Source: Neodothiora populina
Lineage: Eukaryota
Assembly (NCBI RefSeq): GCF_041146345.1
Contig: NW_027191402.1
Span: forward strand, 620,001-684,000
Length of the DNA stretch: 64,000 bases
Direction of reading: 5' to 3'
In this document: positions 1 through 13,487 of the stretch, in pieces
Numbering within the stretch: the first letter of the stretch is position 1
How the letters are laid out: each line of letters opens with the position of its first letter
Notes under the pieces: model-generated
What the model saw: only the letters and a program-made list of their open reading frames with translations
What the model was told of the DNA's origin: nothing
Databases searched by the model: none
Translations under genes and position numbers: made by a program

Positions 1-586
1 GCAGAGTCCTCTATCACGTATACCTTGTGTCGAGACCCATGGGTTTCCCTATGCTGCAGCGGCAGGGATCCACGATGGCCTCCAACGTGCCCAGACATAG
101 TCCTCCTTGAGCATCACCCTCGACTGATTCCATGTAGCCCTTCTACGCCCAGATCGTCGTGGGTATCCATGGTCAACAGACGAAGATACTCTCGTGTCCC
201 GATATGCCACCGCGTCATAACTAGTGTCCTGTGTCCATCCAATACCATCACAGTCGGTGGGAGGTTCGAACGTGACCTCGACCGGGGCGTTGATGGACGA
301 TGACCCTGGCCCGTCTTGGTGATCTCCTTGTGCAACGTCTTGCTGTTGTGCAGGGGGTGAGAAGAGGGAGATGCACTCTGTTGGCGTGGGATATGGCTGC
401 GTTCTTTTGAGCTACGCTGAGCTGAGCTGAGCTGGTCGGGTTTCTCTCGGAGCAGGAGAATGTGGCACAGCTCAATCCCGTATGCCATGAACCCCACCCC
501 CCACTCCAGATCGAGTCCCAAAGATTCCCTCGCCCACCGCCCACCATCTCATCAAGAAGAAAAGGAAGACGTCGAGAAAAAAGGAA

Positions 587-1408
587 TCACCAAACCTCCC
601 CCGGATCAACCCTAACCTCCTCTCCATTCTCCCTAACCGTCTGCCTCTTGACATCCCTCGACAGCGGCTTGCGCATGTCAAACGCATCACTGCCATCATT
701 GTAATAATCCGTAATGCGTCTGTACACCGAATAGCCCATCTTGCGATACAAATCGATAGCAGCCGTGTTCTCGACTCTGACGAACAAATCCACGAACCAG
801 GCGTTTTCGCGCTCGCCGGCTTGTTCGAGCGCAGAGGAAAGCCGGGTCGCGTGGCCTAGGCGACGGGCCGAGGGCGAGACGGTCAGGCAGGTTATGTGCG
901 CGTGCCAGGGCAGGTAGTTGGGGAATTTGGACGTGTAGATCGAGTGGCCTGGGTCGTAGGGTTCTCGCGGCGCCGGGTAGGGGGAGGATTCGACTTTGCC
1001 GAGGACTGTGGACTGGGTGAGTTGTTGGACATCTAGATTGGTTTGTGGTGTGTAGTGGCTTGGTACCAGTGAGGTGATGGGGGTGCTGGGAGTCCCGTCT
1101 TGCTACGCTTGTCGCTGCTGCTGTCTTCTGCAGTTGACGGTTTATCTTCGCTTTCTCTACCTTTACGTCCCCATTCCATCCCAAGCCGACTCACCAACCA
1201 CCAAAAACAGGAAACAGAAAAGAAAGGAGAAAAACTCACTATACCCCTCCACCTCGCCCTCCCTGCCCTCAATAACCATACACAGCTCAGGCCACTTGGA
1301 GAAATACTCGAGGTAAAACCCGATATTATACGTTTCCGTGAGGTGGTCCAGGTTGCACGGGTTGAAACTCAAGAGATCCATGGGCGTCATTGGGCGGACG
1401 GACGTCAT
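587..1408 (-). CDS. NAT3: N-terminal acetyltransferase B catalytic subunit (Nat3/NAA20), 2 exons
   Basis: Exon 1 1408-1240 (MTSVRPMTPMDLLSFNPCNLDHLTETY); intron GTGAGT 1239 to CAG 1006; exon 2 1005-587 gives WHAHITCLTVSPSARRLG and FVDLFVRVENTAAIDLYRKMGYSVYRR..DAFDMRKPL, typical NAA20 GNAT motifs. Confidence 0.92.
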
Positions 1409-2271
1409 TATTTCTTGGTTTCTTTTATGTTTTTGTCTCTATGTGTGAGTGCTGGATTTGGTACGCTGGTGGGTGCAGTGATGTGCGATGGCGGGCTCCT
1501 AGGCCGAGGGCAAAGTCGGATAGGATCGTCTGTCTCTGGATTGCTCCTGTTATATTTCTCCTCTCTTCTTCTTCTTGCGGTCTGAGGTGTGTAGTCTTTC
1601 TTGATTGGAGTTGCCAAAGTCCAATATAGCGGTAGTGACGGTGTGCGGAGTCGATTCTTCGCGATTGTGGATGGCAAGGTGTGGTGACTTTCGTAGTTGT
1701 CGGTGTTGCTGTATGGAGAGATTATTTGGAGTTGGAGCCGGCGGAAATACACTAGTTCCTGGGAAATGTGTACGGGGCGACCCTGTCTATGTATTTCGAC
1801 TTCGGCGTCATGGGTCAGCACATCTTCTTTCGAGTCGGTCACTCGTGGCACGGATCGACTCATACAGTATACCGATATCTCTTCTTGTGATTCCTCCATT
1901 TGTCTACCCTTGTGTGTTGATGCAAGTAAGCAAAAGGACGACACGTCCTAATCGATCATCTATGCTCATGTGTGGGAGAAAGTACAGTTCAATGTACGTT
2001 TGGCAACGTGTAGCTGAAGTTGCCTTCGTTCTGACTATGAACATATCTGTGTTGTGGTATCTAGCTATGCGTTGAAGAAAGAATCTCTAATTGAACGCGA
2101 CACTCAAAACGCCCGATGCATATATCCCCCATCCCTGCATTCAACAAACCAAAACCCGACCTGACAAAATCATCATGTCAAAGACAAAACGCAATAGAGG
2201 AAATGACGATTGCGCCATCCCATGGTGCGAATTGGTCACAATCTCTGTATCCTGCGTCGCCCAACTCATGC

Positions 2272-5200
2272 TCAAAAGGAGAGCGAATCCACTTCACTCT
2301 GTGTAGGGCGATGACTATCCCCCAAAAGATCCTGCATGTTGCCATGTGCCAGATCGTGATCAGCATCGTCCTCTGTCTCTCCAGTCTGACAAGTGATCTT
2401 GGTTGTCGGAGCCAATGGAAGTCCAAATACCCAATCATCCGAACCAAACCCGGGACTGGTGGGAGCCTTGGTAGCCTTGTTGCCCTTGCGAAGAGTTGGC
2501 GAGTCGAAAGAATAAAGGTTGACATGAGAAACACGATGAAACGGTAGATAGACTGGACTCGTGTCCTTGTCTGGGACGACAGGCTCAGCCCCTCGAATCG
2601 CTCCGAGACTTGCTCGCCTGATCGTACTGTTCTTATTGAGAGCCCAGAAACCGTGTGGCCCAGCACGAGCGCAAGCGGCTGGAGACTCCTCACCACGTTT
2701 CCCATCTCCACCTATCGAGTGCAGCGCGCTCTCACTCACCGGTCTTCTGCTCGCAGTGAGATACAGTGCAGTCCGCTTGCCTTGCACGTAGTGGTTACTC
2801 TTGACCGTGTGCAACTTGACCTGTCCGTCAAACACGGTAGCGATGAGTCCACTTTCACGTCCATTGAGCCAACGCAGGCACCCAGGTCGCAACGTGCGCT
2901 GCTTGGGCTGTAGCCTTATCTTCGTCTCTTCATGATGTCGAATTTTCAGCGCCGTATCCGTGGCCATGTTGACTCCCTGTTTGAATGCCTTCCGACCAGT
3001 GTGGCGTGCATAGGCCGAGGCACTGCTTACTGTGTTGCCGATCGAGTTGGTGTTCGCTGGAGCACGCAGAGTGATCCCGGGGAACGTCTGGAAACGGGCT
3101 CGGACGCTGTTGACGAAGCTAGGCAGCGAGGCGTCCCCCTGTGGAGAGGAGCCGGGCGACGGAATGCCTACGAACGAGGGCGAGAGGGCACCGCCGTTAT
3201 GCGTCAACGAAGAGCGGGAGCTCGGCAATGGCACTTCGTGCAAGTGAATAGTACCCTTCAGCGTCAGAAGCGCCAACCTCTGCCCGTGAGCTGACCATGC
3301 GACCTCGAGTACAACGGATGGCGTCTGTCGAGTGAAGCGAGCTGCCATGGACACATATGGCGACCCAAAATCCGATGTAGAAGAGAAGGGCGCGCAGCTT
3401 CTACCATTCGTAATCTGGGAAAGATCCCATATGGTCGACGCATCTCCGACCTGATTTGTTGCGAGCAAGGCCAGTCCGCCAGGAGCGAAGGACATGAAAG
3501 AACATCCATCGGGCAGACAGAATGTGCTGATCGGTGTCAGAGCGCCTTTGGCTGGGCTCTCTTCATAGTCCAACATTTTCTTTAGATCGATGATCGACAC
3601 CGATGCGGGCTCGACAAGTATGGGATGCGGATCGTTGCTCTGTGCGTGGGTTGGCGGAAAAACCGTCGTATCCGTTTGCGGTGGGCTTTGCAAGTTTTGG
3701 TGAATGGCATCACTCTGAGTCGGAGAAGAGCGCCTCCAATATGCATTCCATGCCTGCTTGCCTTGCTCGCCCACCCATTGTGCTCCCTTCCTCAACTCTT
3801 GCGTTGCCTGTTTGGCTACACGATCGAACAATGTATTGCTGAAAGGTGCATCCACTTCACAAGTCACTGAGGGAGGAGGTGGGGAAACATGGGCCGAAAC
3901 CCCAGGTGGATCGGGATTGCGAGGCGACAGCAGTGGAGTTCCTTGGGCCGAGATCTGTGCCGAAGACAACAAAGGAGGTCTGATAGCCAACCAACGCGGA
4001 CTGAGAGCCACGACTGGAATCTTAGTCTCGGCAGTATTGGGAGCTTCACGAGTTGCGGCATTGGCATCGGTGGGCAACACACCCTGCGCATTTGTGGCAG
4101 TCCAGAACTTTGCAACGCATCGAAAGGGAAGCGCATCGTCAGAAGCTGGATTGACGTACGCGGCGAATAAAAAAACTTCTCCACTTGCTCCAGCGGTGAC
4201 AGTGATGAATCGACCCTCGGCCGCGATCCTAAGATTGCCGATCGAAGAAAGTGAAGGATTCGGGGGAGCATCGACTATGGGCGACTTGTAAAGACAGCAT
4301 ATGAGCTCGGAGGTGGCGAGTGAATATATCTCCACCGTCGTCTGAAGTGAAGAGGCGTCAGGAGTAGTCTGGTCAATCCGATCACGCGCGATACCGTCAT
4401 TAGTCGCGCCGTCCGCAGGTCCATGAAGGACGCACATGACAAGTGGACGTTTCGTGGAAGACGGATCGTATCGTTCCGACCAGGGGAGGATTTTGGCATC
4501 AATGACTGCGCCCCTAAGGCCCTCAAGACGTCCGACTACATCGGTCCTTTGGCGCAGCAATCTGTATACGTCAAGGCCACCCGGCGTTCCAACCAAGACA
4601 ACGTTGACCGCGACGGAGGAGGTCCCGACACCAGCCATCTCAAGAGTATCAAAGCCACAGTAATAGCCCTTGGATCCTGCCGTGATGACATCGGCTTGGA
4701 CAGGCGATGTGAAATCCATGTCTGGACGTCTCGTGAAATGGCGTTGCGGCATATGAGGAGGCGGGGGGGTGTAGAAAGGAACAGTCCTCGCGGGATGCGA
4801 GTTCACCGATGCTTTCCTCTCCTTGGAAGGTAGAGCAGATTGAAACGGCGGACTCATAGAATGAGTTTGGAGGCGGGGAGCGCTTGGAGGCAGGGGTATA
4901 CCGCCTTGGGGTGATGACGACAGCGAGGGAACATTCTGAAGAACATTGAAAGCCAATGGCAATTGGGTAGGAGATTGGCTCGCATCTCTGTCTTCGCCCA
5001 CGGCTACTCCGATGAAGGCTGGCGAGAGTGCTTGAGGCGAAAGGCCATGTCGCGCCGCCGTAAGTTGGCCATAGGGACCATTCAGACGGTTTCCATACTG
5101 ATACCCAGGCTCTCGACCATGCGCTTGTAGTGTGGGAGATGGGAGCTGGGAGTCAGACTCAGTTCTAAGCCCAGGCTCGGCCTCGGATGCCGGCTCGGGC

Positions 5201-5546
5201 TCGGGCTCAGGTTGGTGTTCGGGCCCAGAGGCGGGAGAAGGGGAAGAGGAAAGCGAGCGCGATGGCGGCGGTGAGGGATCGACGTTTGCCAGGAGCGGAG
5301 GACTGGTGCAGACGTCAGTACGTTGGGCTACAGATTTCCATCTGAACAGCAAGAGCGAGGTCAAGACAAAGACAGAACTGACAGCTCTGGCGAGAGCTTT
5401 GGCTCCTCCGAAGACGAGTCCTTGTACTCGTCGACGACTTTCTGCTTGCTCCCCTTCTTTTTCCCCTTCTTCTTTGTTGTTTTGAGACTTCTGAGGTCGT
5501 CCGGCGTATCCTCTTCGTTAAAAGCTGGATCGTTGACTGATGGCAT
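2272..5546 (-). CDS. BCAS3-like beta-propeller protein (~1060 aa), 2 exons
   Basis: Exon 1 5546-5383, intron GTCAGT..CTGAC..CAG 5382-5303, joins in frame to the 1030-aa ORF. Motifs YYCGFDTL..VVLVG..GGLDVY, LSPRWLA, CSFMSFAPGGLALL, GTIHLH resemble fungal BCAS3-family proteins (family call from memory). Confidence 0.62.
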
Positions 5547-8500
5547 TCACACGCGCGGGTCTTGACACGAGCGAGCCCTGCGATGACGCAAGGCAGCGGA
5601 TGAAGAGGGCGGTAAGTCGCCGGAGGCAAACTCGACGAAGCAGCAGAGGTCAGCTTGTTCGAAGATTTCAACGTCTAGTAAAGACTATCACAGATACGGT
5701 CGAGTATAAAGGAGGGCAGAGAAGTAAGGCGCGGGGACGGAAAGAGAGAGGCGGTGAAGGTGAAGGTGGGGCGATGTTGATGGTATGCGGGAGGCAGCGA
5801 CTGTGTCACAGTCAGCGGGACGACGAGGACGATGTGGATGATGTTTCATCTTGGACAACGCAAGACACAGCAGTCTCTGGACCAGACAAAAGAATCACTT
5901 ACCCGTAACCCAGGCGGGACCGCTCCTTGTGACCCCGCTGGTGTTCTCGCTGCTTCTGGAGGCTCGAGGGGGGTGGATGACGGAGTTATCGGGAGTAACT
6001 GCCTCTGGTGAAGGCCGTTTGCAGCACTGGTTGATTATGAGGTATTTTATCTGCAGAAGAATCCCTGTCGACAAGCAAGATGGCTCATCTATCGGACAGT
6101 ATGTATATGGTGGTCTAATGTTTTAATGTATATCGTAGTGTAGAGTACGAGTGAGGCAGGAACGGGGTTCGATACTCGTCGATATGAGAGCAGGACACAG
6201 TCACGCAGCACAGTGTTGTCGATCGTGTGGGGAAGGAGGGGCAAAGGCCAAAGGGCAGCTGCCAGCTTTCGCCCAGCCTCATCATTTGTCCTTTGGCGCA
6301 CCTCAGACCTGGCAGCGCCGCAGGAACCGGAAGGTGTGCAGCTGCACATCCCACTTGGTGTTACCCACCTGTTACAGTACCTTGCCCTTCGTCACTGTAC
6401 CGTGCCTACTATACCTTCGTACAAGCGAGGCTCTATCTTGCAGCGCAGCAAGGCACGCAGTATGTGGTGCCCTCTAGTACAGTGTCTTATCTATAGATCC
6501 AAATAGGGCGTAGCACTATGCAATCAAGGAGTCCGAGTTCCTTCGTCCACTTCGAACAGAACCCGTACAAGTACGGTCCTCGTACTTCAGCAGCAGTGGT
6601 GACCAGTATCTATACTTGCTCTGTATTCACCGAGTCTTAACCACAAGGTCTTTCTCGAGTGAGCATTCGAATCACAAGCCTGATCCCGATGATATATGAG
6701 GCTCAGCACACAGCCGTATCGGGATCACGGGTTTGATCATGGACGTCATCTGGGTCTAGCCACATGCAGGTGGGTAAGGTAAGCATGCAATCTCAGTGCA
6801 ATAACAGACCGATGCTAAGGGGGCCGGCTTGTCTTTAGTGTCTACTAGACAATGATTCCTGGAGATTCAAGTGTGCTGTGCTGTAGACTGACATACAGTA
6901 TACAGTAAGAGAACGTAGGGAAGAGTAAGGTACCTCAATTACCTCGCTGTGAGTAAGGTATCGGATTAAGCTCCGTACACCTGACACGCCATCCTTCACT
7001 AACGCGCGCGTCGTAAAGTGATGTTACTACCTTACCTAGCTCTAACGTCTGTGAAAATAGTAAATGGGGCTCTCGCGAAAGCGCTTGAAAATGCACCAAT
7101 GAGCAGCATAGTGGGTTTCTTACACACCCCCACACCCGCACTGCGCTAGGTACTGTACGGTGCTGCACTACCTACTGTAGGTAAGGTATCTACTCACATT
7201 CAACTCTTCTCTCCTTTGCCAATTTCTGTCCTGCCGTCTACGCGTCACTCAGGCATCCTCGTATTGACCCGCACGCGCTGAGTCGTTAGATGAGCAACAT
7301 ATCAGGTATCGGTTGGAGCATAAGCAGCCAGCTAAAACGACAATTGGCGTTGTCACGAACGTGTCACTACTCGCGATTTCGACTAGCCCGCAAGTCTCGA
7401 TAGTGCTTCAGCTATTGTCCTGTTATTATGCCCCACTAATACGCAGCGAAGGAAGCACAGATATGTAAAACATACTGGCCGAATTAGTGCGTCAGCGAGC
7501 CGTTGGATCAACTGGTTGCAGCAAAATAACATTGGTCCAACAGCTTTTATAGTATGATTTGCCGCTCGTCCCACCACCGCTGAGACTGATCACCGCGCCG
7601 CGGCAATGCTGAGTTATCGACTATTGGAACCACCAGGGCTGGAGCGCAACTATAGATCTGGCGCAACGAGCCAGCGACCAATGACCGCAAAGAGTGGCTC
7701 CGCAACCACAACGTCATTCAATATGCGAGGATCACGAATCACATCTTACTCTTTACCCCAGGTCCTTCTCGAACGTGAATGGAAGCAACCCTGATCGCAT
7801 AATCATGTGTTTTTGTATCTACACGCGCCCCCTCTTCGTCCCTGAAAGTCATGTCGCAGCCCACGCACAGCAGGGTCTCGGGACGAGGGGCGTTTGAGAA
7901 AGCAGCAGTGTATCTCTCTATCTTCTCTCCCTCGACAATGCATGTGTCCCAGTGTATTCCTCGCATTTAGCCGACGAAAGATGCCAAGGTGTCCGAGAGC
8001 GCGACTTGGGTGTATGTGTTAGATGCGAATGCGAATGATCATCGTCAATGTGAAGCTTCTCGAGGCCTTCGACTGCGAAACAAATACTATAAGCTGTGCA
8101 ATAGGCATAACAGCACCCTGCGAGTAGATAGCTTACCGACCCCAAGCGTGCAAATGAAAGGAATAATTACAGTACCATACCTACCCTACCATTTACCCTT
8201 GTGTCTGCTTTTCTCCAGGAATAATCCTGGCCGCGCGGCTTGGCAGCACTATTCCCCCCTCCGATCTCGAGGATGTTGCTTGCGACAATGTGACTGTTGC
8301 ACTAATCATTGAAGTCGTTACTAGACCGACGAGGCCCATGATATCGCGTCTTTGACCCGCAGCCCCGTTTCATTCTCATTCTCCCATTCTGCCCACATCG
8401 CATCCGAATCCGCATCCCAACCTGATCTGTGTGAAAACACACGGCGGCGCATCCAGACATCTGACAGGACAGAGCAAGATCGAGAGACAGCCAGACGGAC

Positions 8501-9077
8501 ACAGGCACTCTCGGAGAGTCACAGACGGGGAGACATCATCGTGCTGCCTCTTTCCTTCCATGCAACATCCCCCGTCCGAGTCGCATCTTCTGCCATCGTC
8601 ATCTTGTCGCACATTCACGCCTCCGTCTACCCTGTTCTTCTTCTTCTACCGCTGTATTTCTCTCACCCCGACCGGCCAACCGCCCGGCCCTTCTCCACCG
8701 CAAACCGTCCCTCTCTGTTGAACGTGACCGTTTCCGGCCAAGCCCTGGTACTGGACTGCGTCGTGGTACCTCGACAATTCAGCTGCTGCATTCCTCGAGT
8801 CTCCATCATCGAACACATCTCTCGCCCTCTGATTGCCTAGCTGTGCCCTTGCGGCGGCCACACGATTCCTCCAATCCCCCCTCCGGCGACCGAGCCCTGT
8901 AGACCCAGGCCCAGTTTATGCGCCGGGTCTGTGACCACCACTAGTGCTGTCGCTGGTTGTGGGCGCATCTTCGCGCAATGCACCAGGCTTGATTGCGCGT
9001 ACTGTACTCGTCGAGGGAACAATAGGAACAACATATTCAATATCACCTGCGCATGCCGCAGCGCAGCTTCACCGAGC

Positions 9078-12000
9078 ATGGACAACAGCTCCTGTGTAGT
9101 CCTCTATCTGGATAGACGAGCAAGAGCGACGGGTTTCCTCACTGCTGAATCACTGGAGCGTGCCGAAAAGGAGGGTTTACATTGTCTTGGAGACGAAGAT
9201 GCAGCGCACAATATCCATACCATACTATCGGCTTTTGGCCAAGGTAAGCATTCGTCCCTGATGCTTCTGCTGCGTGCTGCTGCTGCTGCTGCTGCTCTTG
9301 TCTTGCTACTGCTGGACTCTAGGGAGATCCCTTGACTCCTTGGTGTGCCATGCCATGCCATGTCATGCCCGTCTTGTCTTTTCCCTTTCCCACGCTCTCT
9401 CAATTGACCGTGGGCAGCGCACATATGTTCCGATGGCATGTCTTGTCTGGCCAGTGTCGCCAAGCTCGACGAATCGCATAGTCCGACACCCATTGTCGTC
9501 CTGCTCGACATCCCCATCGAGGATGAGGTCCGCCGACGAAAATCCTCGTTAGACACTCGTCCACCCTCACCCACCACTACGCGGCGGAACAATGTGGAGA
9601 AGAACGAGCCCAACGATCTGTACGGTATGCCTCTGTTGCTTTATATGGCCTCGGAGATCCAGCAGCATGCACGATCGAGGCTTGTGATTCCCATAGCAGT
9701 GCCCCAGAGCGGACTAGATGTGAGTCCCGTTGCGCGTTCTTCCAGCCTCATGTTTCGAGCCTTCACTAACCTCCAGTCCAGCCGGTGACCGAGCCGTCAC
9801 GCACACTCAGATACCTCGATGCTGGCGCCGTCGATGTCGTCCCTTCACCTCTCAATATCGAAAGGGTCAGGGCTCTAGCGGTGCATTCATATAGGCGAGC
9901 CAAGGAGGTAGCACGTGAAGCAGCCAGCTCTGCTATTTCAAAACGAAACCGAAAGCGTTCTTGGGTTGGAATCGATGACGAGCGACCCTATGCTTACCTT
10001 CGGGAGATCATGGTCTCTGGTTTGTTGAGCGGCATCTGTAACCCTGAGGCCGCTGGAGAGAGCATTGATAACAGGTGCGCCCTTTTTTTCTCCCCTCACC
10101 TTCTCCAATCGAGACAACTGACCTATGTCCGCAGTAACTTGAGTATCGAGCCTGACAGGAAACGCGTCATCGAAAGCGCCGTCGGCGTGTGGGCCTTTTC
10201 CGCACACGACTTCGACGCCGATGAGCTTCTCTATGCTGCTCTTGTCATGCTCAAACACGCCTTGCAGATGCCTGAGCTCGAGAGATGGCGCATGTCCACT
10301 GGTACGTATTCACATGTCTCTTACTTGGCGTCGCACTAATTCGAATCTGCTCAGATGATCTTACGACCTTCCTAATGGCTTGTAGAAAAGCCTATAATGA
10401 CTTTGTCCTCTACCACAACTTTCGTCACATTGTGGATGTTCTTCAGGCCACTTTCTACTTTCTCCTCAAAATCGGTCTTCTCCCACCTTATCCAGATGGC
10501 GAGTACGCCGATCGAACTAATCTTGCACCTGTTGCAACCCTTCTTACACCTTTTGATGCCCTGACACTGCTCGTGTCCGCCATCGGCCACGACGTCGGTC
10601 ATCCTGGCGTCAACAATGCCTTCCTAGTCGCTTTAAATGCGCCCCTTGCTCAGCTATATAATGACCGCTCCGTCCTGGAGGCCTTTCACTGCGCTGCCTA
10701 TTCGCAAATCCTTCGGCGCTTTTGGCCCGGGGCATTCGCCGATACGGCAATGCGCAAGCTTATGATCAACTCGATCCTCGCCACGGACATGGGTCTTCAC
10801 TTCAAATACATGGTGGATATGGGCAATCTCCAGGGCAGACTGGCCGCCAGTGATAACGCGATTGATGGCTGGACGCCCAAAGCACTGGAAGAAACAAGGG
10901 ACCTTTGCTGCGGTCTCTTGATCAAATGTGCCGACATCAGCAACGTGGTATGTGACTCCAGCCTCCATTCGAGGCTCTTGACGCTAATCGCTTTCAGGCT
11001 CGAAAATATGACATTGCCGCACAATGGGCTGCGATACTGACCGATGAATTCTCCAACCAAGGTGCAATGGAAAAGGAACTCGACCTTCCTACCTGTCTCT
11101 TCGGAGGTCCTCCAGACAGGGACGACGTGATCAAGATGGCCGAGTCACAGATCGGCTTCATGAACATATTCGCCGGCCCGTTGTTTGAAGGCATGACGCA
11201 CATACTGCCCGCAATGTCGTTCGGTATCAAGGAGATGGGTGCTAACCGTTTGGTGTGGGAGAGGAAGATTGACGTTGAGAAGTCACGAAGGAGCAAAGAC
11301 TTGCGCTCTTTCATCAACCAAGAGGCTGGGCCATCGACAGCTACAGCAGCATTGTCTTCTACTGATGACAGTGATCTCGAGCACGAGGTCGAAGGATTGC
11401 CCCCTCTATTAGTCGAGCGCGACAATTTTGTCGATCCGTCAAAGTCGCCTCAATCAGAAGACCCTCGGCCTAAGACTCCCATGGACTCGAGCTCTCGAAC
11501 ACATGGCGATGCCCTCACGACTAGTGAACGACGTCTACGTAATCTATCGTTGGCTTCCACCGGGACTTCACGAGGGCATAGGAAGACTTCCCACAGTGGC
11601 AGCTTTCACGGACCATTTGGACCTTATGCTCATCAACACAGCGGCTCTCGAAGGTCTTCGAAAGATGCAGCACTGGAGCAACTGGAAACGCTGCAGCTCA
11701 ACAGCTTCTCACGCTTGGACAGCCCTGGACCGGACGGAGCGCGACGTGGAAGTGCGGATGCCTCGCTTACTACTATATTGGTGCGGAGTCAGACTCCACA
11801 GAACAAGCAAGGTGCGACGAGTCCGAATAACACACCTTCCCCAATCAAGCGGTACCCCAGATCCTCCTCGCAGCCTAGCCAGTGCGGCGGTTCGTCATTG
11901 CCGTCATTACGCAGCAATGCTACTTCCAACACGATCCTAACGTCAGCAGGACCGCAATCACCCTCCACCAAAGCCTCGTCGATCAACGAGCCCGAACCGC

Positions 12001-12323
12001 CGGGCAGTGCTGAGGCACCGATGGAGCCGAACCGGGCCCATGCCAGTGATGCTTTCCTTCGTCCACCCACGTCCGGCTCAGACAAGCGACAAACGTTATC
12101 GGCGCCCGATATCCTTGCCCTTCATGAGGCCGAACGCGCGGCGATGCAGCCACATGCACTAGGCAAACCCGAGGGTAGCATCGAGGGTGAAGACGGCATG
12201 CATCTAGAAGGTCACCGGAATCTGAGGCAGAGTAGGAGTCGCAGCCGATTACGCGGGCTCCGCTTCTGGAGGAAGAGGTGGAAGAGCCCCTCCGGCGCGG
12301 CTGATGTAGAGCACGACGACTAG
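9078..12323 (+). CDS. PDE2: High-affinity class I cAMP phosphodiesterase (Pde2/PdeH), 6 exons
   Basis: Exons 9078-9243, 9418-9719, 9782-10074, 10135-10301, 10355-10947, 10998-12323 join in frame. Catalytic motifs YHNFRH, HDVGHPGVNN, SVLEAFH, ILATDM, KCADISN, ESQIGF; long Ser-rich disordered C-tail. Confidence 0.93.
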
Positions 12324-13487
12324 GCTGGAATAATGAAGAAGAGGAGGGTTCACGGGGATTTAGTGTTGACATGGAGTTGAAGGGTATGTCATGATCTGTG
12401 TAGGCGTTGGGGATTATACCACGTACCTTTTTTTTGCGCAGACATGAGGGTGGGCAAGGGTCTTATTTCGGTGGATTACCAGGGTCGGCGCATGGTCAAA
12501 GGCGGAAAGTGCAAGGACTGTCAAAGGCACGGGGATCATGGGCGATGCAAAGGTGGGAAGGGAATGGGATCAAATGTGGAATCTCTACAAGGTAGTTTAC
12601 GAGATTCCGACAACACTCATTGTGTGCATGCTGCTTTTCTCCTCTCGCTGTCTCTTTTCGTTACCTTGTGAGTAGACTTCTTTTCACACACATTTCGTAC
12701 CTGTTTTGATCCTCTCACAACGGCCCCTGACCCCGGTGTTGCAGAGTGTCATGTGATCAGTGAGGTCTCAAGTCTGGTTCACAAGTACCTCGCAAGTGAG
12801 AGGGATGCTTAAGATGGATGTGTGACAGTCAATACTGTCCAAGTACCTATACAGTGTCTCGAAAGTGTCTTGCAGTATGAGCACGTAGTAAGGGTTCTGT
12901 TTCACTGAGCCGCATTGGCCTGTGCCCGCTATTGGGTGCTGCACAAAGAGTAACCCAAGGTACCCCGTACTGTCACAAGTTGGGCGTCCGGTAATAAAGG
13001 TAAATGCACCTTTGCCGCAAAGTACCTTAGCCTGCCGTACCTTAGGGGGGTGGGTAGCCCTTTCTGTCTTGCTACTGCTGCACTTGTACTTGTACCTTGG
13101 AACTGGATGACATGAACTTGATTTCACAATATTATTGGTGGCAGGAAACAGTCAAGCTCGAGTACGTGCAATAAACTAAATACCAGATAGCATAAAGAGA
13201 CGACTGCATACCTTATCTGCTTTGGTCGATGTCCTAACACTGCGGGAGTAAATCGACCACGCCAGACCCGGAAAGCCAAAAGTGGACTGTACCCGCACCG
13301 TACCTGCCAGTCGGTGTGTCCACAGTGGTGGAGCTTACTGCACCTTGCCTTGGGTTAAAGCAATAATTACAGCAGTTGCACGCAGGTACACTCCGTACCA
13401 AAAACTAATCGCTGTATCAAGCTGGCCACCTGCGTCCAAAGGGAGCCATCTGACATTTGCCAATCCGAACACAACGACACTTCCAAA

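Noticed and set aside
1..560. Short ORFs at the window start
   Set aside because: No recognisable motifs or credible starts; probably the NAT3 3' region and intergenic DNA with a (GCTGA)3 repeat.
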